A stretch of 63,936 nt of DNA, counting the filler, from an uncultured bacterium (GTDB lineage Bacteria; Latescibacterota; UBA2968), in assembly GCA_964471275.1 (NCBI GenBank). It is 5 parts of 5 records of this genome, joined end to end, with 100 filler letters (N's around TTAATTAATTAA, not from the genome) between each part and the next. Parts side by side here need not be neighbours in the genome. Positions count along the whole stretch, not along the records: positions 56,383 to 63,936 come from CAYYGZ010000227.1; 4 more parts are not named here. One strand, written 5' to 3'. Positions 59,775 to 63,936 of the stretch are shown piece after piece (within the stretch, counting starts at the first letter, position 1; every line of letters starts with the position of its first letter). A model generated the notes under the pieces. It ran no database searches and had not been told where the DNA came from. It was given only the letters and a program-made list of their open reading frames with translations. The position numbers and the translations under genes were made by a program.

Positions 59775-61607
59775 ATGCCAGAATTTGAAGACAAAATCAA
59801 CCAATGGGTGGCGTCAGGGGATCTGTCTGCAGATGCCGCACATAACCTGAAGAACTGGCTGTCCGAATCCGTCTACGGCCCCTATCAGGACGAAATTCGT
59901 GCGTTGATCACGGCCGGTGATCTGGATGAACTCGAAGATGCGTTCAGAGTCCACATCGCATTTGGCACTGGAGGAATTCGTGGCAAAATGGGCGTAGGGC
60001 CAAACCGCATCAACCTGAGAACCATCGGCGAGGCGGCACAGGGGATGTCTCTGTATATTCTGAACAGTGGTGGTCCCGATGGCCCAGCAAGAGGGATCGC
60101 GATCGCCTACGACACGCGAAACAACTCTGACATCTTTGCACGCGAAGTGGCCTCCATTGCCGCCGGAAATGGGATCACGGCTCACATCTTCGATTCACCG
60201 AGGGCAACACCAGAGTTGTCGTTTGCCGTCAGATCACTCGGCGCCATCGCCGGCGTCGTCATCAGCGCGAGTCACAACCCGCCGCGTGACAACGGGTTCA
60301 AAGCGTACTGGGAGGACGGCGGCCAGGTGGTCCCCCCCCACGACGGGGCGATCATCGAACAGGTCAGCACGATCACTGACATCAAACGCACTCCATACAC
60401 CGAGGCTGCGGCAAACGGTCAGATCAGGCCGATGCCTGACGATATGGATACGACTTACATTGAGGGCACATCTCTGCGGCTGAGTGATTCACGTGATGTC
60501 AAGATAGTGTTCTCCCCCCTGCACGGCGTGGGTGCCACCTCAATTGTCCCCGCGCTTTCACGCCTCGGATTCACGGATGTCATCCTCGTCGACGAACAGA
60601 ATGACTTTGACGGGAACTTCCCGACCGTGGCGGGAGGCGTTGCCAATCCGGAGGATCCCAACGCGATGTCCCTGGCCATTGATATGGCTAGAATCGTCGA
60701 CGCAGACCTCGTGATAGCGAGCGATCCTGACGCCGATCGGCTAGGATGCGCTTTCCCATCCTACGAGAAGGGCTGGGATGCGGAACCGGTTAATCTCGCA
60801 CTCAACGGGAACCAGATCGGCGTCTTGCTTATCCATCATCTGCTTACCCGCTTGAAAGAGGCAAACAGATTGCCCGACGGCGGCGTGTTCGCAAAGACGA
60901 TTGTGACCACGGACCTATCGGCAACGATTGCCAGGGCCTTCGGCTTACAGGTAGTGGACAACCTGCTGGTTGGATTCAAGTATATCGCTCAGGTGGTCGG
61001 CGAGTTAGACGAGCCCTCGACATTCGTGTTCGGTACGGAGGAAAGCCACGGTTACCTCGCAACGCATCACATTCGTGACAAGGATGCCGCCTCTGCGGCC
61101 ATGATTCTGGCCGACTGTGCCGCAGCCATGAAGGCCAAGGGATCGTCCGTTCGCGAATATCTCGATGACATCTACTCCGAATTCGGATACTACCGCGAAA
61201 TCCAGAAGTCGGTAACCAGAGAAGGCGCCAGCGGAAGCCGGGACATCCAACACATCATGGAATCGCTGCGCACGGCCCCACCTGCCGAGATCGCTGGTCG
61301 ACAGGTATCTGCTGTTATCGACAGGCTTGCAGGCACCACCACCGACCCGGAAACCGGTGAGATCCGGCCCGTGTCCGGCGAGTCAGGCAACGTACTCGCG
61401 TTCACTTTCACAGATGCCGGTCACACTCGTGTCACGGCCCGACCGTCGGGAACAGAGCCAAAGATTAAATACTATGTATCGGCGACTTCCCAGGATCTTG
61501 AGGAACTCGAAGCGGAAAGCCTTGACCGGACAAAAGCGAACGTCGATCAAGCTGCGCAGGACATCCTGGATGGTGTTGTCGTAGTCGCCGAAGCGACCCT
61601 GACGTAA
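59775..61607 (+). CDS. Phosphoglucomutase/phosphomannomutase
   Basis: FGTGGIRG, ISASHNP phosphoserine, DPDADR, GTEES, RPSGTEPKIK. Confidence 0.93.
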   Translation: MPEFEDKINQWVASGDLSADAAHNLKNWLSESVYGPYQDEIRALITAGDLDELEDAFRVHIAFGTGGIRGKMGVGPNRINLRTIGEAAQGMSLYILNSGGPDGPARGIAIAYDTRNNSDIFAREVASIAAGNGITAHIFDSPRATPELSFAVRSLGAIAGVVISASHNPPRDNGFKAYWEDGGQVVPPHDGAIIEQVSTITDIKRTPYTEAAANGQIRPMPDDMDTTYIEGTSLRLSDSRDVKIVFSPLHGVGATSIVPALSRLGFTDVILVDEQNDFDGNFPTVAGGVANPEDPNAMSLAIDMARIVDADLVIASDPDADRLGCAFPSYEKGWDAEPVNLALNGNQIGVLLIHHLLTRLKEANRLPDGGVFAKTIVTTDLSATIARAFGLQVVDNLLVGFKYIAQVVGELDEPSTFVFGTEESHGYLATHHIRDKDAASAAMILADCAAAMKAKGSSVREYLDDIYSEFGYYREIQKSVTREGASGSRDIQHIMESLRTAPPAEIAGRQVSAVIDRLAGTTTDPETGEIRPVSGESGNVLAFTFTDAGHTRVTARPSGTEPKIKYYVSATSQDLEELEAESLDRTKANVDQAAQDILDGVVVVAEATLT

Positions 61608-61622
61608 GGATAGTGGAACCGA

Positions 61623-63326
61623 ATGAGTGACCACAAGCCCCCGGGCATCGACGGGAACCTCACGACCTACGGCGATCCGCAATTCAGCCGATTCATCCGG
61701 CGTGCCTTCATGGCGTCTCAGGGCTTCGACCAAGAAGATCTGGGCCGACCGGTTGTCGGGATCGCCGACACGTCGAGCGACTACAACACCTGCCACGCCA
61801 ACATGCCCCAGATGGTCGACGCCGTTAAGCGAGGCGTTCTCGAGGCTGGCGGCCTCCCCATGGTGTTCCCGACTATATCCCTGAACGAAATTCTGTTTCA
61901 CCCCACGACGATGCTCTACCGAAATCTACTCGCAATGGAAACGGAGGAGATGATTCGCGCGCAGCCGATGGATGCTGTCGTGCTGCTGGGGGGATGCGAC
62001 AAGACAGTGCCGGCTCAACTCATGGCCGCGGCATCGGCAAACGTGCCTGCCGTTGTCTGTGTAACGGGTGCTATGCGAACGGGTGACTGGCGAGGTCATC
62101 GAGTCGGTGCGTGTACAGACTGTCGAAGCTACCACTCGAGGTTCCGGGCCGGCGAGATCACCGAAACAGAACTCGAGGAGGTACAGCAAGTCCTTTGTTC
62201 CACACCTGGAACCTGCATGGTGATGGGGTCAGCGTCGACCATCGCCTGCGTGACGGAGACGCTCGGTCTGATGCTCCCGGGAGGAGCATCGCCAACATCC
62301 GGCAGCGGCGACAGGCAGAGAAACGCTGTTGCTTCTGGTCGTGCAGCGGTCAAACTCTCTCAAAGACCAATCAAACCGCTCGATATCCTGACTCGCCCCG
62401 CATTCGAGAACGCCCTCAGAGTTCTGGTCGCTCTGGGCGGATCGACAAACACCATTGTACACCTTCTGGCAATCGCTCGCCGGTCCAGTGTGTCGCTCAC
62501 GATGGACGATCTGCAGGTAGCTTCGGACACCACACCCCTCCTTGTCGACTGCAAGCCGTCGGGGTCTGTTTATATGGAGGACTTCCACAAGAGCGGCGGC
62601 GTCCCCGTGTTGCTCAAAACGCTGGAAGCTGTACTTCACGCAGACCCGATCAATATCGAGGGACGGTCGATGGCAGAGCGGTTGGTTGATGTGTCACCGC
62701 CAGGAGATTGGCAGACCGTAATCCGGACGATGGCAGCTCCGCTTGGACCCACAGGCTCTCTGACGACACTGAAGGGATCGCTCGCTCCGGACGGTGCCAT
62801 CATCAAGACCTCGGCAGCCAGCCCCGAACTTCTGGAGCACGAGGGTCCTGCTGTCGTGTTTGATTCGGTCGAAGATGCCGTCAACCGTCTCGATGACGCG
62901 GCGACCGAGATCACGAGTGACCACGTGATGGTGCTGCGGAACACCGGCCCGATCGGTGCCGGAATGCCCGAAGCCGGTTCACTGCCGATACCAAAGCGAC
63001 TTGCGCAACAGGGCGTCACCGACATGGTTCGCGTGTCCGACGCACGGATGAGCGGCACAGCCTACGGTACAGTCGTCCTTCATTGCGCTCCGGAAGCGGC
63101 GGTCGGAGGCCCCTTGGGTCTGGTTGAGGATGGGGATACCATCCGCTTGTCGGTGAAGGAAAACCGGATCGATCTGCTAGTCACCGCGGACGAGCTCGAA
63201 AGACGACGCAGTGTTTATGCAAAGCCTCCCCTTCCCTCACGCGGGTGGGCACGACTCTATTCAGAGCACGTTCTGCAGGCAAACGAAGGAGCTGACATGG
63301 ACTTCATGACCGAGAGTGAAGAATGA
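61623..63326 (+). CDS. IlvD/Edd family dehydratase (dihydroxy-acid or sugar-acid dehydratase)
   Basis: NTCH, GGCDKT, GTCMVMG, GGSTN, SDARMSGT, HCAPEA. Confidence 0.92.
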   Translation: MSDHKPPGIDGNLTTYGDPQFSRFIRRAFMASQGFDQEDLGRPVVGIADTSSDYNTCHANMPQMVDAVKRGVLEAGGLPMVFPTISLNEILFHPTTMLYRNLLAMETEEMIRAQPMDAVVLLGGCDKTVPAQLMAAASANVPAVVCVTGAMRTGDWRGHRVGACTDCRSYHSRFRAGEITETELEEVQQVLCSTPGTCMVMGSASTIACVTETLGLMLPGGASPTSGSGDRQRNAVASGRAAVKLSQRPIKPLDILTRPAFENALRVLVALGGSTNTIVHLLAIARRSSVSLTMDDLQVASDTTPLLVDCKPSGSVYMEDFHKSGGVPVLLKTLEAVLHADPINIEGRSMAERLVDVSPPGDWQTVIRTMAAPLGPTGSLTTLKGSLAPDGAIIKTSAASPELLEHEGPAVVFDSVEDAVNRLDDAATEITSDHVMVLRNTGPIGAGMPEAGSLPIPKRLAQQGVTDMVRVSDARMSGTAYGTVVLHCAPEAAVGGPLGLVEDGDTIRLSVKENRIDLLVTADELERRRSVYAKPPLPSRGWARLYSEHVLQANEGADMDFMTESEE

Positions 63327-63566
63327 ACCTGTCCTCCAGAGGCGTCAGGACCGCGCCGGTCTTCTCTGTGAAGGAAACGACGACGGTAAGTGAGCTTGTA
63401 GCCCACCTGGACGTCGCAGACACGGCATACTCGAAGGTCACCATTCGTATCGGGAACGCAGAGAAGATGACCGATACCGAGTTGAAAGCAGTCCGATTCA
63501 GGCTCGACTCGAAGGGCGATGTCGTGGCAAGCGAGCTCTCAGGAAAGGGTGAGGGGGCTGGAAGGG

Positions 63567-63936
63567 CTAGAAAATATCCGTCCACCAATAGAAGGTCGGT
63601 GGACACTCTCCGAACCGGTCTAACCAGGAATTTCCGGCCTCAGAACAACCAAGTAGAGCTCGCCAGGATGAACGGATCTCCCCCGGATCTGTCGGAAACG
63701 ATTCAGGGAGAACCACCGAATCGGAACACAGCTTTTCCTTCAGCAGGTCCCAACGGGATACCTTGACCATCATTTCGTCGTGCTTCGCCCACACCGCCGG
63801 CCCGCCAACCAGAGATTCGAGCGCTGGAACAAACGGATGATCCCGAGGCAAGCTACCGCGCAGCATCCTTTCGGACGATTCACCGGCAGCTCCAAAAACA
63901 ATGCGAGCAAGACGACCGTAGTCCGAAGCCTCCTCC
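63567..63936 (-). CDS. 3' end of a hypothetical protein running off the window
   Basis: Open minus-strand frame from the window edge to TAG at 63567 (...CPPTFYWWTDIF); no motif recognised. Confidence 0.45.
   Translation of the reverse strand, partial: EEASDYGRLARIVFGAAGESSERMLRGSLPRDHPFVPALESLVGGPAVWAKHDEMMVKVSRWDLLKEKLCSDSVVLPESFPTDPGEIRSSWRALLGCSEAGNSWLDRFGECPPTFYWWTDIF

Noticed and set aside
63323..63766. 147-aa plus-strand ORF overlapping the dehydratase stop
   Set aside because: No motif, and it overlaps a convergent open frame by 200 nt; I cannot tell whether its first 80 codons are real.

Overview
This window is not one locus. It is five assembly contigs joined by artificial 100-bp spacers (N44-TTAATTAATTAA-N44 at 14033, 28138, 42240, 56283), so gene neighbourhoods across spacers mean nothing. 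The DNA is GC-rich and bacterial. A paired 'DFDxDGxVGFxDFLxFAQAFG' C-terminal tag, two TPR-GWxTD proteins and many Gfo/Idh/MocA, enolase-superfamily and PhyH genes suggest a Ca. Latescibacterota-like MAG or SAG (inference). Contig 1: topA, xerC, Ig-like lipoprotein, pilin-like protein, secreted matrixin/beta-propeller protein, BatA/vWA, PTS IIA, GWxTD, RDD. Contig 2: mazG, a broken zinc-ribbon/receiver gene, galU-GHMP kinase-M81 peptidase-fbaB (fbaB interrupted), GWxTD-selA-selB-tRNA(Sec), S1/P1 nuclease. Contig 3: two MFS transporters, a truncated IS110 element inside a REP-like repeat, ggt, M20 deacylase, sugar catabolic genes and an IS3 end. Contig 4: catabolic oxidoreductases and dehydratases, NAT, def, ADH, desaturase. 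Contig 5: sufU, sufT-like, Rrf2, nfuA, ytfJ/ytfI-like pair, pgm, IlvD/Edd dehydratase. I see no CRISPR array, rRNA or prophage, and no clear large novel multi-gene system. The best unannotated signal is a three-copy REP/REPIN-like family with one insertion hotspot. In two copies a 30-bp palindrome fills it; in the third an IS110-family element joins there at a CT dinucleotide and keeps its ~210-bp non-coding right end, a candidate bridge/seek RNA with an inferable target. Other leads are a candidate structured RNA with terminator near 49.7 kb, a host gene whose C-terminus matches IS110 DNA, and a tandem-repeat insertion in fbaB.
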